A DNA stretch of 63,823 bases, the filler included, from Reticulomyxa filosa (lineage: Eukaryota > Protista > Foraminifera): NCBI GenBank assembly GCA_000512085.1. It is 18 parts of 18 records of this genome, joined end to end, with 100 filler letters (N's around TTAATTAATTAA, not from the genome) between each part and the next. Parts side by side here need not be neighbours in the genome. Positions count along the whole stretch, not along the records: positions 13,095 to 20,492 come from ASPP01017054.1; positions 20,593 to 22,622 come from ASPP01000141.1; positions 22,723 to 23,877 come from ASPP01022864.1; positions 23,978 to 28,685 come from ASPP01041114.1; 14 more parts are not named here. One strand, written 5' to 3'. The notes beneath the pieces were generated by a model. That model saw only the letters and a program-made list of their open reading frames with translations, had not been told where the DNA came from and made no database searches. The translations under genes were made by a program, and so were the position numbers. Positions 13,095-25,590 of this stretch are shown here, in pieces (position 1 is the first letter of the stretch; each line of letters begins with the position of its first letter).

Positions 13095-14032
13095 ACCACG
13101 GTTTTGTTTTTCGATGGAAGGCAATGGCTCCGGGTTGTCCAATGTCGATATCGTTGAACAATCAATTTGAGATATTTGCTCGGCCGTTAGAATTCCATTT
13201 AGTATTTGTCCATTGTTGTCATTGTTTGAAGCTGTTAATGATTGCAACTATTGCACAATTTTTTTTTTTTTTTTTTGTGTTTCCAACTTTGAGGACATTA
13301 CACTCTATTTGTTACTTTTAAAAAAAAAGTTCATTGGTAGGACCCCTTTTTTTTTATTTTATTTTATTACTTGCATTTCGGCTTGTTGAGACAATAACAA
13401 TGCCCTTTGTGCTGCCATTTGTCTTTGGATATCTCTGGATTGGATCCACTCTTGCAAACGGTTTCGAGCTTGAACGAAGGCCTCGTAGTCATTGGGCTGC
13501 TCTGGCTCGTAATACTCTTCGGTGTCTTCATCAAATAGCCCTGGGGGCAGTGGCAGTCCCGCCAAGTCTTCCGGCGCTCCCAACAATCGCAATATGCGTT
13601 TTTCTTGTGCTATGTGTTGCTCTGATTTGGGTCTTAAGAACGACCCATCACGCATTAAATATTCGGGTCGACTGTACAATTTGGCTGTAAAGCCGTCTTC
13701 TGGCTTACACTGAGAGTCAAAGCTTACACGCTTTCGTCCTCGTTTTTCTTTTTAAACCACCCAACAATGTCCGTTTTGACGAGTTTCATTTTAATGTTTT
13801 GTAGTGTTGCTATTCCACATTTTTTTTTTTAACTTGTGTGTTGTAGCTTTAAGGCAGGTTTCAGTAAGAAGTTGCGCATAACTTCATCCTTCTCAGAAGA
13901 ACTCATCGATTGACTATAATTCAACAGTGCATCCACTCTATTCAGGGCAGAATCCAATCGTCCAACAAGTGAGGCATCTCCCAAAGGTGGAGTAGGTTCG
14001 TGGTCACCCAAAATATTATTAGTCGACATCAT
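13095..14032 (-). CDS. Hypothetical protein with PP1-docking-like motifs, 3'-partial, 3 exons
   Basis: Spliced product reads ...LLKPALKLQHTKKRGRKRVSFDSQCKPEDG... (RVxF motif preceded by a SILK-like KPALK). Confidence 0.6.
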
Positions 14033-15177
14033 GTATCCAATATGTGAATCATTTAATCCAAAAAAAAATGCGAAGCCTCTTTTTGAGGGATATCTTTGTT
14101 TAATGTGTTGCAGAAAAGCCAGAATTTAAAAAGCCATTTTCTCAAACACACCATGTTTCAATGGAACATTTTTTTAAAAAAGTAGCGAAATCATAAATAA
14201 GTTGTGTTGAAAAACGACAGAGCAATCTGCAACAAGTTCATGAAAAAAAAAATCACAATTGAATCCAAGCCAAATTTTTCCTTGTTAACCACACAGTAGA
14301 AAAGTTCCAACATACACAAAAGACCAGTAATTGACAAGGAAAGCTGTTCGCCCTCTGCTTGTCGTTTTGGTTTTATCGAACGGTCTTCCTAATGTCTCAA
14401 ACTTTGTTATTGTCAAGGACAAAACAAAAGGAGCACCAAAACAAGCGGAGAACGAAGCGAGAAAAAACAAACCAACCAACACTCAAAACAACTCACCAAC
14501 AAAACAATGTTTGACCCATATATCAAATTTGTGCAATACAAATGCATTTTTCCTTCTTTCATTTCTTTCATTGAAAGCATAAAAAAAATAACAACAACAA
14601 AACATTGAAGGAAAAAAACAGACGAAACCAATCTATTCTTTGGAAGCAAAGAGTAAAATGAAACAAAATCAAAAGGTTGAATTTACACTTCCAAAAAATG
14701 GTTTGAAAAAAAAAAGTAACAAAGCAAAGCAAAACTAAGCAGATAGACAAAGTGAAAGGCAATATACAAAGAAATAAACTAAAAGTAAGCATCAACTAAC
14801 TAAAATGGTAACCGTATGCAATAGACAAAGCTAATCTTACAAGTAAATATTATATTAATTCACTCTACATTTCCATTCTCAAGTGGAAATACAATGGATG
14901 GCATATCTACACAGTTCGCATTTTTGAAATGCGTTTTTTTTTTTAAACTTCCCTTCCCTCCCCTATTTGATAACTTTTCCCGTTTTTCTTTTTCTTTTTC
15001 TTTTTCTTTTTTCTATACTTCCTCCTGCACTTTCAACCAGCAGTAATGTAAGACTCCGTGTCCAATATTTGGATCATTCGCATCTCTTCAAGCTTCCTTC
15101 AAATTTTACCAAAACCACCATCGCTTGCTTTGCTTCTGATCAACACTTTTTTCCTCTTTTTATTTTCATCATTATTA

Positions 15178-17785
15178 TTATGATATTGTTATTGTTGTTT
15201 CAGCATATCTCCCCGTACGACAATGTATAAATGCTGGCATTTTCTTCTTATATACATAGACTTATATATTTATACATGCATATAGAGTAAGACAAACAAA
15301 CCCGTGGAATTCGATTCCAGTTCGGACATGCTGCGTGTTGCTTGAATGGAATGAGTGTGAGTGCGATTTTTGGAGACTGGTGAACGATTTCTTGGTGTAT
15401 TTTTAGCTTTTTCTTTTTCGTGTTCATTCAACACCTTCAGCCATTTCACGTACTCTTCGGTCAGTTTTTTGTTTTCTAAGTTTTTATTTTTTTTATTTTA
15501 CCATTGTCTATTTGTTTATTTTTTTACTAAAAAAAAAATAAAAAAAAAAAGGGTCCATTCGTTGTGTCCATTTTTTTGACAAATAAAATAACCAGGTTCA
15601 TTTTGAACACGTTTCAATCCTTTTTGAAACATGGCATTGCAATCAACAGTCCTGCCCATATTGTAAAGCAAATTGGCGAGTCGAACATAGACTTGCCACT
15701 GCTGAGGAAAGCGCTGCAAGCAAATGTGATAGCATTGCTCGGCTTCGGCAAGACAGTTCATATCTTCATAAATGGTGGCGCATCTGTACAAGGCTTGCCC
15801 ATACATATTAATTACACTAATTTCAGTTTTTTCCGAGCTTGTCAGTTGCAACACTTTGCCATAATAGCCTAATGCTTCTTTCAAATATTCGTTTTTCTGC
15901 AAATGGCCGATACTGTCTTCGTTATCGTAACCACCATTTTCTCGTTTGTTGTTTCTCGTCTCGTACGCCTTCTTTTCAATCATGTTCGCCAGATTCAAAT
16001 ATGCATCCACGCATTGCGGATTCAATTGAATGGCCACTTGATATGAGTTTGTGGCTTCGTTGTAACGTCGTTCGTGTTCCAGGAAAATTCCGTAATTCCA
16101 ATGGTACACGGCCTCGCCACAGCTGTCCAACTCAATGGCTTTCAAGTAGTGCTTCTCCGCCGCCTTGCGATCGCCCAAGTCGTCCAGCGTGTTGGCCAAA
16201 TCCAAGTGGTAGCCCGACATATCCCCGCGAAGTGCCAGGGCTTTTCGATACCACTCGCACGCCTCTTTCAGCAGCCCTTCATCCTCGTAGACGTTCCCGT
16301 AGTGGTTATACACAAACGAGTATCTGCTATTTAATTTTATGCACTGCTTATACAATTCCATCGCTTTCTGCAGAGACTGTCGACGAGTCGACAAGTCTTT
16401 TTTGCCCCCACACACAAGATTTTTTTTTTTTTTAAAAAAACGAATATACGTAGAATTGGGAATTGTATATGTCAATACGTACACGTATATTGACGTATAC
16501 AACTCTAAATAAAAATATAATGAATGAGTATATTATGTATATGTTATAAAAAAAAACAAAACAAAACAAAAAAAAAACGTATACCGTTGTGTTTGCCCAA
16601 CAATTCGTAAAAAACCAAATATCCCCAATCGTGTAGGGCTTGAACGTAATTAGGATTGATTTGCAAAGAGAGTTTGAAATAGTGACTGGCTTGCGTGGCG
16701 CTCTTTCTGCGCGAATGCAACACTGCGATCAATTCGTAGACAATGCATTGCGTGTGTTCGTCGCATAGTTTGCTTGTGACAATGGCCTGCAAAATGCTCA
16801 AGACGACGACAGCAACGGCGGCGTTGTTATGACCGGTCCACTTATCGCAATTGGCGTGAATGAGTTGATGAATGTCATCCCACTTTTCGTTGTCGTTTAA
16901 ATACATCTCGTTTGTATACGCCGTTTTGATCTTGTCGACCATTTGATTCACTTGCACTTGCAATCGGATTTTGTCATTATCTTGTTGTTGTTGTTCTTCT
17001 TCTTCTTCTAATTTTCCTCCTTTAATTATGATTGCTTCTTCTTCTTCTTCTTCTTCGATAAGACCAGTGCTATTGTCAATGCCATTGTCGGTGACATTGT
17101 CCTCGTCCACCACCGACATTTCTGGACTTTTCATGTCTTGCAGGGGCGGCAGTGACATCAGCGAGGGCGCATTGACGGGCAGACTGAGCGCGCTCAGATT
17201 ACCGCGGGGTGCCACGATCGCGGCGTTTGTGTATGCGCTGTTGCTGTGGTTGCTGTAGTTGTTGTACTTGTTCAACGACGAGTGGCGAGGGAGGGGGATG
17301 GCCGGCAGCGAGGGCAAATACGAGTGATGGCTGGTCTTGGATGGTGCTGCTGAGAAGGACAACAGGAGAGGGGGAGGTGGTGGGGAACACGATTGCAAGG
17401 TATGAGGAGGGGGAGGCGGAGGGGAGACGACATATGTCGATCTTCCGTTTGGTGAATGCGTTGCATTTTGGACTTGTGTCATTTCCGAGAGTTGTGACAA
17501 CATCTGACGATGGCTTCCTTTCGTCTCCGATTGTATTTGATGCTTTTGTAGGTTTTTCAATAGTATACGTATGTGTCCTTTTGGAATACTCAACTCTTTC
17601 AAGTCCTCCTCTTTCAGTTCGTACAATGCCTCAAATCGGTCAAATCCGTCTTTTTTCAATTTTCCTGCATACTGCTCTAACGAAATGCATGTTAAAAACT
17701 CCAGCACACGGTCCCATTCGCTCGTTGATTTACTCCCTATCGAACGAGGAGAGAACGCGGATTTGTTTGCTTCAATTCCAGACAT
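15178..17785 (-). CDS. SAM-domain + Pro/acidic low-complexity + TPR-repeat protein
   Basis: N-terminal SAM (VLEFLTCISLEQYAGKLKKDGFD...LKELSIPKGHIRILL) and many TPRs (AVYHWNYGIFLEHERRYNEATNSYQVAIQLNP). First three exons are in phase; the last exon is uncertain. Confidence 0.85.
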
Positions 17786-19041
17786 TGATGATATATTTTT
17801 CTTTTAATAACTTTTTTAAATAAAGAAAAAAAGCAACAAAAGTCAAAATTAGAGAAAGTTTTTTTTGTTTTTCTACTCGTAATTTGGCAGCCAAGAAACT
17901 CGTGCTATGGTTTACTTGTTCTATGCCTTCGGTTTTACTTATCAAAAAACAAGAAAAGATATTTACAAACTTAAATACCAAATCCGAATAATGGAATAGC
18001 AAAATAGCTTGCTTGCAATGAGCATATGCGCTGCTAATTGTCATCATTTCCACTATAAACTAGAACGCATTCGAAAGTACATCCTTTTGAAATTACTATC
18101 TCATACTATTCATCAATGTTGTATTTTAATGCATTGTCCGTCAATTCTGATCATTATTTGGATCAATGTTGTTATTACTTTTTTCATATTGACAACACAT
18201 TTTGTAATAATAAAATTATCACCCAAGACAACAAACATTCGAAATAAAAGCCATTATGAAACAAGAAAATAATAAAACGGTATCTAACATTTACCGCACA
18301 AATTATAATTATTTTTTATTGTTGGTTTATGTTCATTGATTTGAATTCTCAAACTTCTTTAATTTATATGCATTAGGAAGTCAAAAATAATTTGTTTGAT
18401 CGCAGTAGAATTTTTTTTTAGCGAGAATTTAGGTTTTATCATTGCCAAAGAGACCTCGTCACAAAAGGAACAAAGTAATATAAAGAAAATAAAAAGCAAA
18501 ATGAAAGATAATTAAAAATTTATCAAACTAATACACAACATATAACAACAAGCGAAAAAAATAATTTCAAGTTTTAATTAAGCGTTAAAATATAAAAAAA
18601 ATAAATCAAATGTCAAATGTTGTAAGTCGAGCTCAATAAACAGTTGTTAAAACAATTTTGACTATCACTTTGAATAGTCAGTGGGTATTACGGTAGCGTT
18701 GCTAACAGAATAACGTGAGCCATTGTTTTCGAATTGTTGAATTCAAAAAATATTTAGATTCAATATAATTCTTTCGACAAATTAAAGAAAACTAAAGCAA
18801 AAAAAATTTAAACACTTAAAATAATCAAAAAAGGTTTGAATTATTTGATTGACTTATTTATTAGCAAAGTGGCTAAATTTTTGTTGTTCATGATTGCACT
18901 TACAATTTTCTATTTTTTACTATTCTGTTTTTGTTAGTTGTTATTAGTATAATTTTTATTTATTTAAATTTACTAGCTTTTTATTGAAAAGTATCATATA
19001 ATGAAATTTTCGTATTATACTTTGTGATAATCAATTGATAG

Positions 19042-19232
19042 TGTATGAACAGTGAGACGACTAAGTGTAATACGAAAGGAACTTCAGTAAACGGAAATTA
19101 AATTAACAAAAATAATTTCAACACAAGAAAGGAAAACAAGTAAAAAAACATAAGTGAGTCGAGAGTTTTAACCCACCGGGGTTCCACCGTTCCATTAGTA
19201 TTTGAGATTGTATAATAGGGACTTGCCCTACA
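19042..19232 (-). mobile_element. Solo LTR with 4-bp TSD ATAG
   Basis: TGT...CTTGCCCTACA termini. ACTAAnTGTAATACGA and TAGGGACTTGCCCTACA are shared with the other copies. ATAG flanks both sides; the left boundary is less certain. Confidence 0.75.
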
Positions 19233-19789
19233 ATAGTAAGCAAACGATAAAATTTTATTTTTATTGTTATTTTTTCTATAGTTATTATATACTATGATAA
19301 TATTTTACTAATTATCGTTTAATAACAAGTCTTACCAATGTGAATTTGTGTTTGTAATAATATTTATAGACAACTTGTTCAGTAATAATTATTATAGTTA
19401 TTATAGTTATTATAGTTATTATATATTAACTTTTAATATAACTAAAACAAGCTTGATTATTATAATATTAATGTTTATATTGACAATAAAATATAATTCT
19501 ATTAATGTCTACATTAATATTATAAGTAGAATATTTTGACCAATTGTTATCACATTAAATCACGTTAGTTAGAGTTAATAATATATTGACATTTACAATT
19601 GAAGCCAAAATGAAGTTAATGTATTATCTTATTGTTATGTCAATAGTCAGCTAATTAATTTAGTAACAATATCATAATTTAGCTTTACAAAATACACTAG
19701 TGAAAAACCAACTATTAAATCTAATCTTACAAACATATAATTCGAACAAACATAATGTCACAATTCAACTAGTGGAATATAATTTTTTT

Positions 19790-19950
19790 ATTACAAACAT
19801 TTAATACCTGAAGATTAAATATGTCATTTAGCTCAACAAGCAAAGATACAATACTAAAAACATGCAATTTGCTTCGTTTGTATAATCAAATATAAAACTT
19901 TGAAGAAAGAATGTCCGATTACCACATATAATCAAAATATTAAAGGAAAA
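19790..19950 (+). pseudogene. Possible RING-finger remnant
   Basis: KHAICFVCIIKYKTLKKECPI, with stops immediately upstream. Confidence 0.3.
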
Positions 19951-20592
19951 GTTATGAACATTTCGACATTATTTGTGTAATAATATTGAACTTAGTTGAT
20001 ACAATAGTATTTTTTATTTGATCAAGTAATCTTAGAAGTTAATGATGTATAATATTATATAATCTTCATAGATTGTCAATTGCTTGTTTATAAGCAAATA
20101 GGTGTCATATGATACTTTTAAACTAGACAGTGTATTTTAATTTTTTGTGATACTATCGTTCAAACTAAGCACCAAGTGTACTTCTTCCAATCACAAGCAC
20201 TTTACAATGCATCTGACCTCTTTGGAGACAATATTGATAATATATTGATCTTCAATTTTTTTGGAATTCTTTTCAAAATACGTAGCGACAATTGTAATAT
20301 AGAATTATTTACAATATTTGTCTTTTTTATTTGTTTATTTTTTGCATAATGCAATATTTTTTGTGGAGTAAATATCATTTTGAAACGTTAGTAATTTGCT
20401 CTAGAATTTTTATTTCTATATTTTTTTTGTTAAACGCAAACAAATTGCTATTACAACTTTGGTTTTGATAATCATCCTTATGAATACTCGGANNNNNNNN
20501 NNNNNNNNNNNNNNNNNNNNNNNNNNNNNNNNNNNNTTAATTAATTAANNNNNNNNNNNNNNNNNNNNNNNNNNNNNNNNNNNNNNNNNNNN

Positions 20593-22075
20593 TTGTTTTT
20601 TATTGAGTACTATGTTCCTTTTGGGACGAGGTGCTCATTTTAACTCGGATAAGATCTCAATTTCTAAAAAAAAAAAAAAAAGGCAATGATAAAGTAGATC
20701 TTGTTGAAAATAACGCAGAAAAGTGCTTCAATTGCAACTTGATTTGATTCAACAACACAGATAAGCGGTATTCCTGAATAATCATGGATTAAATCCATTA
20801 TTTATGTCAATTGGGGAATCCACAATCAATCTTATCGGGTACCAATAATAGTTTCCATTTGGATGCCCATAATAATTGCCTTTGCATCTCTTCTTCATCA
20901 CTGGTATAGATGGGTGCCAAATACAACACCGTCTGCAAACATTCCACATCGGATTGGATGTGGAACTGCTTGTGTGATGTCGTTAATGTATAATAGGAAT
21001 AACAAAGGGGACAATGATGATCATCCTATATTGAATTGTTTAATACTTGAACTTGTTCCATTTAATACCACTTGTCCGATTCTGTCTGATAAAAAACTAT
21101 CCAATCACCAATACATTATACCTTTTAACCCTCTCCATACACTGTCATATGTAGATGAAATATCCAATAACACTGCATACGTGACAGCATTGTAATCGAA
21201 GGATTCATATAACAACTTCGATGTTATGCCAACACTGGAAAATAATGCAATTGGTCGATAATTCTTACAAATACTGTGGTCTCGATCAGGCTTTGGAATT
21301 GGAACAAAATGTCAATGAATGCGATACAATCTTTTCAAATGATTGAACATCCTTTGGGAATTTCCTTTTGTTTTGATATCTGAATGTGATGCACTGCATC
21401 TTATCAGCTGCAAGTAACATCTTCCATTTATTCGACCAACCAGACCTTGGGGAACTCCAGTGTTGAATTCTATCAATCTGAATTTGTTCCATTCAATATA
21501 ACTCTTCCAAGTCGATCTGATAAGAAGCTATCAATCCACCAATATAATCTTCTATATAAATTCATTCTATATCTAATCCATTTCTCCAAACACTATCATA
21601 CGCTGCAGATATATACTCATCTGTGTTATGCAATAATGGTTTGTCGTTCAACCACTACATTAATCTCCTTGTAATGATTTTTTCCATCAATTTACCAACA
21701 CTTGATAGCAATGCGATTGGCCTATGATTCTCGCACTAACTGTGATCTCTATCAGGCTTGGGAATAAGCACAATGTTTGACCTCTTCCACGCGATAGGCA
21801 TATATCACATTCGGAAACTCCATCCAAATAGGAATACCATGATCCAATCATTGCATTGCCACCATTCTTTAACATTTGGTTGTGGATATTATCTGGACCT
21901 TGCGCTTTGTACGGCGACAAATGTCTCATAGCTTCAATGACTTTTTCTTTGTAATATCACTCTGATGGATATCACTCAAACCAATGAAATCATCAACTTT
22001 ATATCTAATGTCATTTTCAACAATTCCCATATCCACATCTTTTGGAGGTTGAGGGGTTCCGCAAATGTCTTTGCC
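20593..22075 (-). mobile_element. Non-LTR retrotransposon RT remnants: two tandem, internally deleted copies
   Basis: KAQGPDNI; IPKPDRDHS..NHRPIALLSSVGKL occurs twice; AVLLDISSTYDSVW, SLSPLLFLLYINDI and MFADG; many stops and shifts; AATAAA near 20600. Confidence 0.88.
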
Positions 22076-24000
22076 AATAGACAGTATCTGATCTTGACAC
22101 TGAATTTGTCTCTTTGTTCACCAATGCTGGAATAAAAGGGGGAAATAAAGCCTCCATGGACATGCTGGCCGCTAATCTCGACATGGAGGATAAGATTAGG
22201 GAACTCGAAGGGTTCGGCGTCGGCCCCGAGGGCGAGAAACATCTTTCAACTGCACGAAGCAATGACAATGCCCTGAAAGGCCGGAAGCAACGACAAAGCA
22301 CCTGCAACTTTTTAAATTTCAAATTTTTTTTGTTTGAGTTTTGGTTATTTTGGGGGTTAAATTGTAATAAGAAAAAGTTTTTTTAATTATCCTTAAGAAG
22401 AAAGAGGTGCTGCAGCAGAATGAAGAGAGGGGGGACACCTCATATTCTATCACAACGCGACACTCAGCCACTTTATTGAGAATGCCTTTTATCTTCGTAC
22501 AAGGGAGATCTAAAATAAATTTTTTTTAAAATACTTTTCTTGAATAAAAGATTTCTTGTTATTCTATTTTGTTGTTGGTGAAGAGTTTTGATATTATAGT
22601 TACATATTGTGTTTTTTTTTAGNNNNNNNNNNNNNNNNNNNNNNNNNNNNNNNNNNNNNNNNNNNNTTAATTAATTAANNNNNNNNNNNNNNNNNNNNNN
22701 NNNNNNNNNNNNNNNNNNNNNNTGAAAAAAAACAAGTGGCAGTGTTTATGCTTTTAATACTAATGTTTTGTACAATGTATTTGCTGCTAGTTGTGAGAAA
22801 ATTCTTGGTTTAAATTTAAGACACTTGAACAGAAGTTGATATTCGAAAAATGCTTCAATCTTGTAATAACTCTTGAATTACGATTTAAGTAACATTATTC
22901 GTGTTTACACTCTGAATTACTAGCAGTTTCGATATCAATTAATTTTTTTTTTTTTAAAATAAAGGTGTTTTCAACAAACGAAATATATTCGCTCTTTTTG
23001 CCAAGCAAAATTTTGAACAATAAACACTTCTTTTTGTAAAAAAAAAAAAGCAAATGAGATTGTTGCATTATGTGTATGTAATGATAACATTAATAGTATT
23101 TTTATTAATATGTTTGGATTACTTTGCATGTAATATATTGTACGCTGATATTTTGAGTGTAAATATGTTGTATTTAATGTTTTTTTTTTAATATTATCCA
23201 TTGCAATCACAAATATTGTATTTTTTAATTTGTGTGAATGCTTGAAAAAAATGAAATGTAAACAAACTTGAGAAACATGAGCCAATTCTCACACTACCTT
23301 GAGATATTATCGAATTATCAAATAGAAATGTATTGATACATAGTATTGCAAGACAATAAATCAAACAGTTTCTTTATACAAAGGCCAAATACATTAAAAA
23401 AGTCACGCAAACAAGTAGCAAAAGAATATGAGAGATGCTGAACAGAGAAATGCAACCATCTCTTTTGTGTTCAAACTAGACAGCGAACAAAAAAAAAAGA
23501 TAAGATAAAAAATAAAAAAAATGGAACTACGCCCCCTTTTGAGCAACTTTTTTGTTATATATTTTTATTGAACAAATAAAATAATTGCATTCTCATCATT
23601 AACTAACTGAAATTTTCAACATCGGCACTCCTTATCAATTCAATATACTTTTCATACAGCAATTCTAGGGTGATATTGGTGTACTACACGGAATATTTAC
23701 ACAAATGAGCTCTTGTGGAGGACTACTAGTTGATAAATATATTATAGATACTCCAAAATTTTGTTCATATATAAAACTTTTTTGGATCTGATTTTGTTTG
23801 TAATTGATTGAAAGAGATCAATACGTTATTTGCGAAATTGCCAAAGGAAGACCGAATTTACAAATATTTTGCCGACCNNNNNNNNNNNNNNNNNNNNNNN
23901 NNNNNNNNNNNNNNNNNNNNNTTAATTAATTAANNNNNNNNNNNNNNNNNNNNNNNNNNNNNNNNNNNNNNNNNNNNGTATATTATACTGTGTTAAGAAA

Positions 24001-24723
24001 ATGATTAATGCATGTCAAATGTTAACATCATCGTCATTTAAAGATTTGTATTTGTGGAATTTTCTTTTTCGGATTCGTGCTCAATATATTCTTTCCAAAA
24101 ATAATATAAATAGTGATGTCAAATTATTTCAACAAATATTTGGAACTAAAGATGAATGGGAGAAAATAAGTATGACTTTGGATGAATATAATGGAATGTA
24201 TTATAAAATCAATCAACCTTTTAATGAATTGAAGAAAGTAAAAACAAATCTTGAATTTGGAGCTTATCAATTTTCAAATACAAATGAAGGATTTGATTTA
24301 TTGTTTTGTCTTTCTCCAAATATTATTGCAATTGCAGATTTAAAAGAATTTGCATGGGATAAAGTAGCACAAAATTTGCAAAAAAAAATTAGCTATAAGA
24401 CAATTATAGAAGAACCATGGTCAATCAATTGGAATATTATTCAACAACTATTAGAAGAAAAAATTCCAAAGATTAATAATTCAATATATACATTGAAAGA
24501 ACAACATACTAAAACAATGCAACTAATTGAAAAATTTAAAAGTAAATTTCAAGTATATTATTTTGGTTTAATGCCACATACAAAACAAAATAGTGTAAAA
24601 GATTTAGTAATTGCAGGAAGACTAATTGACGAGTATCAATTAAAAGAATATGAAAATTGGATTTCTTCATCAGAAAATTTGATGGAATTGTTAATTATAT
24701 TTAGTGTTTTGTCTAATACATAA
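24001..24723 (+). CDS. Hypothetical protein fragment
   Basis: 240-codon ORF in very AT-rich DNA, open from close to the contig start; no recognised motif. Confidence 0.55.
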   Translation: MINACQMLTSSSFKDLYLWNFLFRIRAQYILSKNNINSDVKLFQQIFGTKDEWEKISMTLDEYNGMYYKINQPFNELKKVKTNLEFGAYQFSNTNEGFDLLFCLSPNIIAIADLKEFAWDKVAQNLQKKISYKTIIEEPWSINWNIIQQLLEEKIPKINNSIYTLKEQHTKTMQLIEKFKSKFQVYYFGLMPHTKQNSVKDLVIAGRLIDEYQLKEYENWISSSENLMELLIIFSVLSNT

Positions 24724-25590
24724 TTAATTTAAATGCTTTATTTAACAGTTTTATTTCGTTTTAATAACATTTTCCTCAACACAACTGAATAAAAATAAAT
24801 GTTTTTCTAACATTTTAGTTACGAAAATGATTTAATTAAGTTTTGTTTAGAATATATCAAAAAAAGTATAATCTTTGTCATTCCATTTGTACCAAATGCG
24901 CAAAACAAACACTTGTTATAAAAAACTCTTCAAGTTAAACTTCATCATTCGAATCTTTTTTTGCTACAAAACATATTAAAAGCAAAAAGGCAATAGATAC
25001 TTGGGCTTTACAACGATGCAATCAATCAACTCAAATTGGACAATGCAAGTTGTGTAACATACCAATAACATTCAAATGCAATATTAAATAGTTTATATAC
25101 ACATATGTCCTCCTGATTTTGAGCCCCATTTCAATGGGGATTGTTCCATAATTGATAGAGCTTTTCAATAGATCAGGGACATTCGATTTGTCTTTGGATG
25201 TTTGCCTTAAGTGCAAATGATACAGAGACAAACCTTTGAAAAGCAAAATGCATATTTTTGCCCAATATACCAAAATAGTCGATTATTTTTGCAGGAGAAG
25301 TATGAACATCAAATTGAAAAACGTTGCATAAATTCAAGAAAATATTGTAGTACATGAACAAGAAAGGATAGAGATATCGCCTTGTATTTTTCAACGGTAC
25401 GAGAGATAATTAACAGATCCAAAAAAAGGAAAGTTTTTCTGGCTCAGTGTGCACAATCACATAAAGATAGAACAGTGCTCACGAAAGAGTTGTTTGCATT
25501 ACAAACAAGAAGTCACGACAACGGAAAAAAAAAGACCGAACAAAAATAAACCCTAGCAACATCAGCTACAATTTTGTTGTGAAGAATGTA

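Noticed and set aside
12274-14032. RPEL gene plus PP1-motif gene as one phactr-like locus
   Set aside because: They are separated by a linker and lie on different contigs.
14285-14800. Hydrophobic minus-strand ORFs as a membrane protein
   Set aside because: T-rich composition could produce these, and no consistent gene model was found.
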